From Thermoproteota archaeon (lineage in GTDB: Archaea; Korarchaeota; Korarchaeia; Korarchaeales; Korarchaeaceae): a stretch of 64,000 nt of DNA. The stretch is taken from contig JALSOH010000006.1 in assembly GCA_026986575.1 (NCBI GenBank), positions 384,001 to 448,000 on the forward strand, written 5' to 3'. This document shows, piece after piece, positions 49,516 through 58,804 of the stretch (the first letter of the stretch is position 1; each line of letters starts with the position of its first letter). The translations under genes were made by a program, and so were the position numbers. The notes under the pieces are model-generated. The model was given only the letters and a program-made list of their open reading frames with translations. It did no database searches and was not told where the DNA came from.

Positions 49516-50442
49516 TCAGGCGGATCCCCTCTTCGATCTTCCCTTGCGATGAGGGTGCAATCTCACTGCCACCACGCCGAAACCCATGGTCGTCCTCCTC
49601 CCAAGCCCCGAGAACTCGGCAAATCTCATTAAAGCTGCAGCCATCCTCCCAACGTAGGCATCCAGCCTTCTCATGCTGTAAGAGAGCCTTCCCAGCCAGC
49701 TCTCCCTAACGACTCTCTCATCGCCGAACCACAGCTCCACCACGGCTTCCTTGAACCAAGTGGGATTTTCGGGCTCGGCTAGGTAGAGGTGCCTCACTAG
49801 TGTACCGGGGAGTCTAAGTTCCTCCGGCGCATTCGAGTTCCAGGCCTCGAATGGCCTCTCAAGTACGTGAGGCAGGGGCGGAGGGAACTCCTTGTCAAGT
49901 ATGGTGTTTGTGATGAGCTTGAAAATAACTCTCCTCGCTACCGGAGACCTGAGGAGGAGGTTCTCGTAATCCTTCCTTCCTATCTTAACTTCAGCTACCT
50001 CCAGTGGGACACCATTAACCTCGAGGTCGGCCTTTAGTATTCCCTCGACCAGAGGATCAACGAACTCATCTCTCAGGAGTTTAAAGGTAGCCCTTACTTC
50101 TCCCCCCTTGGGGACCGAGGCGTACCTTCCCCTAACGAACTCCCTAGCGGTCGTGAGCCTGGTTACCGAGTAGGGAGCACCCATTCCGAGAGAGGAACTG
50201 AGATCATGTAACTTCCTCGATAGATCCTTAGACTCAGCCGATAATGATCTGAAAAGCATGGATTGCACCAGTCTTCCTGAAGAAGGAAGTTCATACAGCA
50301 ATCTATCACTGGCCAGTAGGTAAGCTGTAATCATCGCGGGCAATTGACCCACCCTAATGGCTCCGTGATGTAGTTCGACTAATGCATAAAAAGTATTGTT
50401 CCATTGTTTCAAAAAGGACCGCAATCTTGAAACTATTGACAA
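49516..50442 (-). CDS. cas6: CRISPR RNA endoribonuclease Cas6
   Basis: PYSV motif and C-terminal FAEFSGLGRRTTMGFG (GhGxxxxxGhG). Confidence 0.85.
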   Translation of the reverse strand: MSIVSRLRSFLKQWNNTFYALVELHHGAIRVGQLPAMITAYLLASDRLLYELPSSGRLVQSMLFRSLSAESKDLSRKLHDLSSSLGMGAPYSVTRLTTAREFVRGRYASVPKGGEVRATFKLLRDEFVDPLVEGILKADLEVNGVPLEVAEVKIGRKDYENLLLRSPVARRVIFKLITNTILDKEFPPPLPHVLERPFEAWNSNAPEELRLPGTLVRHLYLAEPENPTWFKEAVVELWFGDERVVRESWLGRLSYSMRRLDAYVGRMAAALMRFAEFSGLGRRTTMGFGVVAVRLHPHRKGRSKRGSA

Positions 50443-50477
50443 ATTACCTCTTTTTATTCACCGAAGGTAATCGAGAG

Positions 50478-51770
50478 ATGGCCATCCCAGAGACACTCGC
50501 CTCGGTCCTCAATGAGAAATTCAACTCCCTTAGCTTGGTTGAGAGGAGGAAGAGGGATCTCCTAGACCTAGCTGAGGGAATGCTGAAAGAGATAGCCACA
50601 TCGTTGGGAAGTGATGGGAGAAGGATAAAATACGTGAAGAAGGGGATCCTTCTCGATGACAGATACCTGATCTTCCTCGCGGAGAAGATGGACTCCATCC
50701 TGATAGAGAAGCTGAGCGCGAGGTACAGTCCCGAGGAGATGTTTCTCATCTGCTGGTATTCAACGGAATCGGCTGTTAGCCTCGCTAGGGAACGAAGGGC
50801 CAGTCTACTCATTCTATCCAGATCCCAAGTTCTGAGCACGGATACTGAGTTCTCCAAGGCCATACTGAAGCTCTGGGAGGAGAAAGGATTCTATTTAGAA
50901 TATTTCAGGAGTCTAAGCTCTGAGGAAAACATTTTCGATCAAGAGACCTTTTTCCTTGCGGAACTCATCGCTCTCAGGGAGTTCTACAGAGAAGAGGTGT
51001 CGAAAAATCTAGATTCCAAGGTCATTGAACTACTTGACGACTTGGAGGAAATGGTGTTGAAAGAGGAAGATGAAACCGAAATTAATAGACTCCTCATCGC
51101 CATACTAGAGGCCTATCCAGCGAAGATAGATGAGAGGAACTCGGCCAAGCCTGGCAAACCGGATGTAATAGCATACTCACCACTTTGGACCTTATTTGAA
51201 CTAAAGAACGAGGAAGCAAATAGGTCTCACGTAGATCAGGCCAGAAAATATGCCAGTGAGTATAGAGGAACCTCTAGATCTCCCTTAGGCGTACCTTGGA
51301 GGACCGTCTTGATAGCGACCGAGGTTTCCCCTGATGTCCACTCCTATGCGCTCAAGAAAGGCATTAGGACTATGACTTGGGGGGTTCTGATAGGCTTTTT
51401 GAGGGATGTATACTCGAAAGGAGTGCCGCTGGAGCTTCTGAGGGACTCACTTGATAGCACCGATCCACAAAACACCTTGGTTTCCCGGGTGGACGATTAC
51501 CTTGAGGCATTGAGGGCCCGAGCTGAATTGCTTAAGGAGATCCTCTCTGTGAACGGAATTGACAGGAGAGAATTGGATAGGATAGTGGCATCGAAAGACT
51601 ATCCGTGGATCGGAGAGCTGGAGGAGATGATTCACGAGCTATCTGGTCCTTTAATCGGTTTCTTAGTCGTAGAAGAGGACCTAATCTCCTACAGAGGGCC
51701 CCATTCCATTAGCAGGGCCCTCAGGGCTCTCGGCTATTTAGGGGGTATGGTAAATGATGGACTCTGGTAG
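50478..51770 (+). CDS. PD-(D/E)xK nuclease domain protein (NucS/Mrr-like catalytic signature)
   Basis: GKPDVIA...LFELK...A....VDQARKY; ATG at 50478 avoids overlap with cas6. Confidence 0.7.
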   Translation: MAIPETLASVLNEKFNSLSLVERRKRDLLDLAEGMLKEIATSLGSDGRRIKYVKKGILLDDRYLIFLAEKMDSILIEKLSARYSPEEMFLICWYSTESAVSLARERRASLLILSRSQVLSTDTEFSKAILKLWEEKGFYLEYFRSLSSEENIFDQETFFLAELIALREFYREEVSKNLDSKVIELLDDLEEMVLKEEDETEINRLLIAILEAYPAKIDERNSAKPGKPDVIAYSPLWTLFELKNEEANRSHVDQARKYASEYRGTSRSPLGVPWRTVLIATEVSPDVHSYALKKGIRTMTWGVLIGFLRDVYSKGVPLELLRDSLDSTDPQNTLVSRVDDYLEALRARAELLKEILSVNGIDRRELDRIVASKDYPWIGELEEMIHELSGPLIGFLVVEEDLISYRGPHSISRALRALGYLGGMVNDGLW

Positions 51771-52464
51771 TGTGTACATCCCCTCCTACACGTACCCCGG
51801 CCTAGATGTGATCTACCGTGTGAGGGAAGAGGCCAAGGGTATAACAGCTAGACGAATCTCTAAAAGGCTCAATGTGAAGGAATGGAAGGTGAAATCAGCT
51901 CTGGGTATTCTCAGGGTTATGGGACTGATTAGGTCAGAAAGGAAGGGTGGAAGGACGGTCTACACATCTCAGGGAAACGGGTTGACGGAGGCCTACGCTG
52001 GAACCTTCTTCAGGGCTCTTCTGAGGCTTGAGGAAGCTAAGACCTTGGATCTGATAATAAAGGATCTCTGGCCCCGTGATAAGAGAGCGACAGCCCGCAA
52101 GAGGGCCACTTACCTGTTAGCGATGGGGAGGGATCTGGACCTTATAGAACGAAAAGATGGGACCTACACCCTCTCTCCAGTTGGCTTGAGATTGTCTGTT
52201 GCAAGGGCTCTGGAGGAGATCTACGCCATGGAATTGGGTGGGAAGCTTGGAGACTTTGTGAGTCTAACAAAGATCCTGAGCAGACTATCTGAATGGGGGA
52301 TGAAAAGGAAGACAGCCAAGAGGGCCATAATCTCGGCTCTTGAGGAGCTGGAAGCGGACCTCACACCATCCCCGAATCTCTCCTCCAAAGTGAGGAGGGA
52401 CGGTATAATGACGGAAAGGGGATACCTCTACTACCTCACCCTCTGGAACTGGAGGTGGAGGTGA
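51754..52464 (+). CDS. Basic multi-wHTH DNA-binding protein
   Basis: GITARRISKRL...VKSALGILRVMGLI and RATYLLAMGRDLDLIE...YTLS..G wHTH-like repeats. Confidence 0.6.
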   Translation: MMDSGSVYIPSYTYPGLDVIYRVREEAKGITARRISKRLNVKEWKVKSALGILRVMGLIRSERKGGRTVYTSQGNGLTEAYAGTFFRALLRLEEAKTLDLIIKDLWPRDKRATARKRATYLLAMGRDLDLIERKDGTYTLSPVGLRLSVARALEEIYAMELGGKLGDFVSLTKILSRLSEWGMKRKTAKRAIISALEELEADLTPSPNLSSKVRRDGIMTERGYLYYLTLWNWRWR

Positions 52465-52465
52465 A

Positions 52466-53836
52466 ATGGCCGACTACAGGAAGTACGGCCTCATCAGGAA
52501 CCCCTTCCCTCTGCACGGTTCCTTTCCCTTGGACGACAAATACGAGGAGAGATACGCCAAGCTTCTGATAGGAAGAGATAATCTGAAGGAGTTGCTAAGG
52601 AAGAAACTGGAGAACCTTAGAGCCGGTGAGTCCTCTGCTGTTTTACTTTTACTCGGAGATTATGGCACCGGGAAGACTCACTGCCTGAAGTTCATGCAGC
52701 ATTGGGCTATAAGAAAGTATAGGAACATAATTCCCCTGTACTTCAAGGGTCTCCCCGGGCCGAAAATGAGAGACCTTCTCAGAACCTTCTTAGACTCTTT
52801 GGAAGGGATCTTGGGAAGAGACTACCTGATGAAACTTGCATCAGAATCCCTTAACGTCGAGAGGAGCGGTCTAGTGGATACCAAGAACTTCCTGTTGGCC
52901 CTGGCCTCCAAGAACAGGAGCAAGGTCATCCCGGCCCTCAGGTGGGCCAAGGGTTACGGGCTATCCGATCAGATGAGGGAGAAACTTGGTCTCGTATCGG
53001 ACCTTGATGAATCAGTCGCTAGGGACGTTCTCTCGACCCTCCTAGAGATTATATGGGAGGTGAGGGGTACCAAGACACTGCTTCTAATAGATGAAGTTGA
53101 GGAATTGCTCAAATATGACCAGGAGGATCTTTACGACTTCTATTCCGGTCTCAGAAACCTCATAGACACGGTCTCCACGGGAATGATGATGGTCCTAGCT
53201 TCTACACCCTCCCTACTAAGGGACGAGGAGAAGGGCATCGCAGCTCTAAACCCAGCTTTGAATAGCAGGATCTCGGACGAAAACACCATTATCCTCTCGC
53301 CCCTTGACTCCATAGGAATAAGGGCCATGATAATCTCTTATCTCAGGGAGTTCAGGATACCCAGCGTTAAGAAGCTTATGAGCACATACCCCTTCACTGA
53401 GGAGGCCATCAACCTGATCGCTGATCTGAGCAGGGGAATACCAAGAAACGCCCTGATGCTCGCGAGCATAGCTCTGAGGGAGGCCCTATCCAAGGGAAAG
53501 AAGCAGATAGATGACGCATTCATCAGAACGATCCTAGAGCTAAGGAAGGATGAGTTAGCAGACTTCTTATTGGAATTTAAAGGTGAGGGAGAGGAAAGAA
53601 GAGATTTCAAGGAGAAACCAGTTGGACCAGCTCCTGTGGACGAGAGGACGGCTCTGAAGGTGAAGGTGATCAAAATATTGGAGGAACTCGGCGGAGTGTC
53701 CCCGAGATCTAGGATCCAGCAGAGAGTCAAGGAGATCTCCAGAAAGAAGTTCTACAGGTTGCTCGAGGAGATGAGAGATGAGGGAATGATTGATCTGATC
53801 AAGGTAAGGGGAGGGTACAGGGTGGTCCTCAAATGA
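52466..53836 (+). CDS. P-loop/AAA-type ATPase with C-terminal wHTH
   Basis: YGL..NPF N-terminus, Walker A GDYGTGKT, Walker B LLLIDEVE, ALNSRI, GIPR and terminal HTH. Confidence 0.8.
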   Translation: MADYRKYGLIRNPFPLHGSFPLDDKYEERYAKLLIGRDNLKELLRKKLENLRAGESSAVLLLLGDYGTGKTHCLKFMQHWAIRKYRNIIPLYFKGLPGPKMRDLLRTFLDSLEGILGRDYLMKLASESLNVERSGLVDTKNFLLALASKNRSKVIPALRWAKGYGLSDQMREKLGLVSDLDESVARDVLSTLLEIIWEVRGTKTLLLIDEVEELLKYDQEDLYDFYSGLRNLIDTVSTGMMMVLASTPSLLRDEEKGIAALNPALNSRISDENTIILSPLDSIGIRAMIISYLREFRIPSVKKLMSTYPFTEEAINLIADLSRGIPRNALMLASIALREALSKGKKQIDDAFIRTILELRKDELADFLLEFKGEGEERRDFKEKPVGPAPVDERTALKVKVIKILEELGGVSPRSRIQQRVKEISRKKFYRLLEEMRDEGMIDLIKVRGGYRVVLK

Positions 53837-54849
53837 AGAAAGTGCTCGTGGTGGATCTACCTGGTGTGGGGCTCAGGCTCACTGAGGAGAGGCTGGTCAT
53901 GGCGAGCAGGGGCAGGAGAGAGGAGGTACCCATCAGCGACCTAGAGGAGGTCCGTATCTCCCCAAGGGTATCCCTATCATCCGATGTCCTGATTTCCCTG
54001 ATGGAGAAGGGTGTACTGGTTACTCTGGTGGACGAGAAAGGAGATCCAAGGGGAATAGTGGTAGTTCCCACCTTCGGAGGTACGGTCAGGACTAGAAGGG
54101 AGCAGCTCCTTAGTTACTATGATAAGAGAGGACTCAAGCTAGCCAAGAGCTTCGTGGAGGCCGCGACCCTCTTCAGGACGTGGGTCCTTAGGAAGCTCTC
54201 TATTAGCAGGCCCGAGAAATCGGAGAAGCTGTTATCATTGAAGGAAGATGTAGAATCAGTCGTACCTAGCATTAGAGCTCTCGATGGTTCTAACGTGGAC
54301 GAGGTTCGAGGCGAGCTTATGGCCTTGGAGGGCACGGCCTCATCCAAGTACTTCGAGGCCCTCTCCTTGGTCATCTCGGGGGAATTCTTCTCCGGTACGA
54401 GGACTAGGAGACCTCCTAGAGACCCGCTCAATGCCGCCATAAGCTATGGAAACTCCCTTATATATACAGAAACTTTGAAGTGCATCATATTCTCCGGACT
54501 GGATCCCTTCGCAGGTTTCCTACATGTGGATAGGCCGGGGAGATTCTCCCTAGCCCTAGACCTGGCCGAGGAGTTCATAGTTTATGCCTCCCATTGGCCA
54601 GTCATAACACTCTTCTCCAAGAGAATGATTGGGCGTGAGGACTTCAGGGGTTCGCCAGAGACGGGTGTCTACCTAAACTACGAGGGAAGGGAGAAAGTCT
54701 TCAGGGCTGTCTCATCCACCCTGACGAGGCACGTGAGTTACAGGGGTAAGAAGTGGAGATTGAGGGATCTCATGCTCTTGAGGGCTAGGAACGTCGTCAC
54801 CTTCGTGAGGGGAGAGTCTGATTACGAGGTCTTGGTGCCTTGGGAATGA
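53833..54849 (+). CDS. cas1: CRISPR-associated endonuclease Cas1
   Basis: LMALEG....YF, RRPPRDPLNAAISYG, GLDPFAGFLH and SLALDLAEEF. Confidence 0.95.
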   Translation: MKKVLVVDLPGVGLRLTEERLVMASRGRREEVPISDLEEVRISPRVSLSSDVLISLMEKGVLVTLVDEKGDPRGIVVVPTFGGTVRTRREQLLSYYDKRGLKLAKSFVEAATLFRTWVLRKLSISRPEKSEKLLSLKEDVESVVPSIRALDGSNVDEVRGELMALEGTASSKYFEALSLVISGEFFSGTRTRRPPRDPLNAAISYGNSLIYTETLKCIIFSGLDPFAGFLHVDRPGRFSLALDLAEEFIVYASHWPVITLFSKRMIGREDFRGSPETGVYLNYEGREKVFRAVSSTLTRHVSYRGKKWRLRDLMLLRARNVVTFVRGESDYEVLVPWE

Positions 54850-55142
54850 TGACACTCGTGATCTACGACATCAGCGACGATGATATCAGGAAATCCGTGG
54901 AGAAGGTATGCAAGAACTATGGACTCAGACACATACAGAGGAGCGCCTTCATCGGCCTCCTATCCAGAGGAGACAGATACAGTCTCTACAAGGAGCTGAA
55001 AAGGCTGCTCTGGGAGGAAAAAGGATCTATACGAATATATGTGATGAATCGGAGGCTCTACAACATGAGGATGTCTGTGGGCGTCTTGGAGGGCTTCGAT
55101 GATGACCCAGAATACGATGAAGAGGTTTATATCAGGCCCTGA
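54846..55142 (+). CDS. cas2: CRISPR-associated endonuclease Cas2
   Basis: LVIYDISDD and GL.HIQRSAF.G. Confidence 0.95.
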   Translation: MMTLVIYDISDDDIRKSVEKVCKNYGLRHIQRSAFIGLLSRGDRYSLYKELKRLLWEEKGSIRIYVMNRRLYNMRMSVGVLEGFDDDPEYDEEVYIRP

Positions 55143-55677
55143 GGTCAGGGCATCCGACCTGAGGCAGTGGTACTATTGCCCACGCTTAATATACTGGAGA
55201 TACACTTTCAGGGCACCTTGGAGGCCAGGTAGAATCACGAAACTTGATGAGAAGCACGATCCCAGCTGGGTGGGGAGGTTGAAGGCCTTCAGTGGCTGTG
55301 AGGTGGAGAGGAACGTGTGCCTTAGATCAAAAACCCTCAACCTAGTGGGATGCATGGATGCCCTCCTGATGTGCGGCGATGAACTCATCCCTTTGGAGAT
55401 GAAGAGAGGAACCATCAGAGATGGGCACGACGTTCAGCTGTGTGCATACGCTATGCTGATAGAGGAGAACTTCGAAGTGAAAGTGACGAGAGGATACCTA
55501 TACTATCCCGGTGAAAAACTGGAGGAAGTTCCTATGGACAACGCGCTGAGAAAGAAGGTCTTGAGGACTTTAGATCTCATCAGGAGAATCCTAGAGGAAG
55601 GCATGATGCCGGAGCCAACGAAGGATAAGTGGAAGTGCAGAGTGTGTGATCACTACACTTATTGTGGCGGTGTCTGA
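55099..55677 (+). CDS. cas4: CRISPR-associated exonuclease Cas4
   Basis: YYCPR, G.MD...PLEMK, QLCAYA and C-terminal KCRVC.H...C; start possibly 55117. Confidence 0.95.
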   Translation: MMTQNTMKRFISGPEVRASDLRQWYYCPRLIYWRYTFRAPWRPGRITKLDEKHDPSWVGRLKAFSGCEVERNVCLRSKTLNLVGCMDALLMCGDELIPLEMKRGTIRDGHDVQLCAYAMLIEENFEVKVTRGYLYYPGEKLEEVPMDNALRKKVLRTLDLIRRILEEGMMPEPTKDKWKCRVCDHYTYCGGV

Positions 55678-55691
55678 TCCCCTTTCTTTTC

Positions 55692-57755
55692 GAGCCCTGA
55701 TTGCTTCGGAGGAGATCGCTAAGTTACTTGAGCAAGCTACGGAGACTTTCAATCTTCGCTCCTTAGGAGCCCTGATTGCTTCTTCAGGCACTCTGTTTTC
55801 TTGTGAAGAGCGATAGAAAAGCTTTCAATCTTCGCTCCTTAGGAGCCCTGATTGCTTCCTCTGTTGTGGCACTAGCATGTGTACATACCCATTCACCTCA
55901 ACTTTCAATCTTCGCTCCTTAGGAGCCCTGATTGCTTCTAGCTTTCTCAAGCTGCTGCCTCAACTGAGATTCCATCTCCAAGATAAGCTTTCAATCTTCG
56001 CTCCTTAGGAGCCCTGATTGCTTCCTGTTGCCGCCCGCCTTCCCTCCCATTTATACACCAAATTCATGAAGCTTTCAATCTTCGCTCCTTAGGAGCCCTG
56101 ATTGCTTCGGGCCACTAGAGGGATGGTGACAGAGTTTCTACCGCCCTTAGCGACGGCTTTCAATCTTCGCTCCTTAGGAGCCCTGATTGCTTCGTTCCGA
56201 GTTTCTAGCTCTAGTTCGCTTCCTTATACGCTTTTCTTTCAATCTTCGCTCCTTAGGAGCCCTGATTGCTTCATCTCAAGAGAGGGGGCTCTAGAGACAG
56301 GAGGTACTTCAGAACTTTCAATCTTCGCTCCTTAGGAGCCCTGATTGCTTCAGGAGTATGCCCGTGCATATGATCAGATCGAGGATGTTGTCGAGTTCAA
56401 GTTGGGTTTGGTCTTTCAATCTTCGCTCCTTAGGAGCCCTGATTGCTTCTCTGCATTTGGAGGGTGACCCCCCCATCTCCCTTCTCTTTCAATCTTCGCT
56501 CCTTAGGAGCCCTGATTGCTTCGAGTTCTCTTAGCTGATTTGATCTTCACCCAAGGAGGTAAGCTTTCAATCTTCGCTCCTTAGGAGCCCTGATTGCTTC
56601 AAGAGGATAGAGCATTATTCTCTCTAGATCTCCCTCCATCTTCTCAGCTTTCAATCTTCGCTCCTTAGGAGCCCTGATTGCTTCGTGTAAGCAAAGATGA
56701 GAGTCTTAGATCTCTTTTTTGGCATGGGTCTTTCAATCTTCGCTCCTTAGGAGCCCTGATTGCTTCAGGGATTACTTTGGGTATCCCTACTTTGATGTGT
56801 CTTTCTTTGGAACCTTTCAATCTTCGCTCCTTAGGAGCCCTGATTGCTTCGGTAAGCTCGACCCAGTCCTCGTCCATGCGATCGAGGTGCAGCTTCTCTT
56901 TCAATCTTCGCTCCTTAGGAGCCCTGATTGCTTCTACAAGCAGAAGAGGTGGCTGACTAAGAAAGAGCTGGCCGAAAGCTTTCAATCTTCGCTCCTTAGG
57001 AGCCCTGATTGCTTCATCTTGACTGGAGGGTGCTCGGCTATCAACCAGATGTCGTGTACTCTTCTTTCAATCTTCGCTCCTTAGGAGCCCTGATTGCTTC
57101 TATAAATCAGCCTTCTTTCGGTGAGGGAGAGATAAAAAGGATTTTCCTTTCAATCTTCGCTCCTTAGGAGCCCTGATTGCTTCGGCCGAAATACAGGATA
57201 AAATAGCGAAAAAGCTCCAGCTAGCGACCTTTCAATCTTCGCTCCTTAGGAGCCCTGATTGCTTCTGCCAGCCTACACATCAGTAGACAGGGAAAGGGGA
57301 TGGGTGTACTCCGACTTTCAATCTTCGCTCCTTAGGAGCCCTGATTGCTTCAAGGCATTCCTCATTGAGATAAAGAGGACTAGGGGAAGCTTTCAATCTT
57401 CGCTCCTTAGGAGCCCTGATTGCTTCAATCGTGAATCTGACCCCGCACAACATATCCGTCTTCGTCGCTGGCTTTCAATCTTCGCTCCTTAGGAGCCCTG
57501 ATTGCTTCGCGAGGAAGGACAGGGGCTACCTCACTCAGTCTCAGAAGGAACTTTCAATCTTCGCTCCTTAGGAGCCCTGATTGCTTCGTACAGAAAAAGT
57601 GTCTCACCGAAGGAGATCATTGTTGTGTTAAGACTTTCAATCTTCGCTCCTTAGGAGCCCTGATTGCTTCGAAGGAGCTGGCTAAGGCCAAAGCTGGTAC
57701 GGTACCCACTCCTCCTGACTTTCAATCTTCGCTCCTTAGGAGCCCTGATTGCTTC
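55692..57755 (-). CRISPR. CRISPR array: 25 identical 37-bp repeats plus one degenerate terminal repeat, 25 spacers of 36-61 bp
   Basis: Repeat (minus strand) GAAGCAATCAGGGCTCCTAAGGAGCGAAGATTGAAAG with a GCTCC/GGAGC hairpin and ATTGAAAG 3' end; full copies from 55746 to 57755; partial copy 55692-55707. Confidence 0.97.
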
Positions 57756-58050
57756 CGATGCTGGGATATCCTCTTACTAAATAAAGACAACTATCCGCCT
57801 GTTTCACTAATATTATACAGTTATGAAATGTCCTCGTATCTTGCTTGTATATAAAGGGATTATGAGAAGATTAGGGACAAATGCATTTGCCAGTAATGAA
57901 ACAAATAAGGCCACCATAACGTAAAGACTCTATAAATAATCCGAATTAGATTTAATCAATTTTAGTTAATGCTTGGTCTTATTGTTAATTCATTAATTGT
58001 TGAATCCCGTGCAGGAAGATAAAGATTATCTCGCTTTACACCTACTAACT
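57756..58050 (-). promoter_or_regulatory. CRISPR leader
   Basis: AT-rich non-coding region at the end opposite the degenerate repeat; minus-strand TATA-like TTTATTTA at 57778-57785. Confidence 0.75.
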
Positions 58051-58055
58051 AGTCT

Positions 58056-58796
58056 ATGCTCAAGTATGAGAATGTGACCAAAAGCTACGGGGCCGTACAT
58101 GCGCTCAGAGGAGTATCTGTCCATTTTCAACCAAGTAAAATACACGCTATCCTTGGTCCAAACGGTTCGGGCAAGTCTACATTAATGAAAATGGCTATTG
58201 GTCTCGTTAAACCGGATTTGGGGACAGTTAGGGTGTATGGGATAGATCCGGTGGAGGATCCTATATCGGCTAGGAAGATAGTGGGGTACGCTCCCGAGGA
58301 GATAGTGATATACGAGAGCCTCACGCCAGCAGAGTACCTCAGCTTCCTCGGCTACATTTACGGCATCCCGAAGGATGGGCTGGAGATCCGATTGAAGACT
58401 CTGATCAAGATCTTCAAGATGGAGGAGCACATGGGGAAGCTGGGAGGGGAACTCAGCCACGGCAACAGGAGGAAGCTCCTCATCATGTCCGCCCTGATAC
58501 ACGATCCGAAGGTACTCATACTGGACGAGCCCTTCTCTGGACTCGATCCCGAGATAGCGAGAGTTCTGAAGGAGCTAATGAGGAAGTACGCGGAGGAAGG
58601 GAGGATCGTCATCTTCTCCACTCACATACTGGAACTGGCTGAGGCGGTGGCTGACGAGGTCACCATAATGCACTTGGGCGAGGTTGTGGCGAAGGGACCA
58701 ATGGAGGAACTCAGGGGAAAGAAGGACCTCGAAACCTACTTCCTCGAGGTCACGGGCCTAACCTCAGAGCTGGAGGAGTTGTTGAAGGCCCTCTAG
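58056..58796 (+). CDS. ABC-2 type exporter ATP-binding protein
   Basis: GPNGSGKST, LSHGNRRK, ILDEP and STH. Confidence 0.9.
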   Translation: MLKYENVTKSYGAVHALRGVSVHFQPSKIHAILGPNGSGKSTLMKMAIGLVKPDLGTVRVYGIDPVEDPISARKIVGYAPEEIVIYESLTPAEYLSFLGYIYGIPKDGLEIRLKTLIKIFKMEEHMGKLGGELSHGNRRKLLIMSALIHDPKVLILDEPFSGLDPEIARVLKELMRKYAEEGRIVIFSTHILELAEAVADEVTIMHLGEVVAKGPMEELRGKKDLETYFLEVTGLTSELEELLKAL

Positions 58797-58804
58797 GTGA
58801 TCTC

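Noticed and set aside
50478-53836. CRISPR-associated transposon (TnsA/TnsC-like) or BREX interpretation of the trio
   Set aside because: No DDE transposase, TniQ, transposon ends, PglX methyltransferase or PglZ in the window.
56273-56314. Spacer translating to ISREGALETGGTSE resembles Cas7 segment PRAGTTQEGGTSE (possible self-targeting)
   Set aside because: Nucleotide identity to about 42950-42990 is low; likely chance. I saw no spacer matching this window, though the comparison was by eye.
55591-57492. ORFs with repeated FNLRSLGALIAS / EAIRAPKERRLK peptides
   Set aside because: Translations of the CRISPR repeat, not genes.
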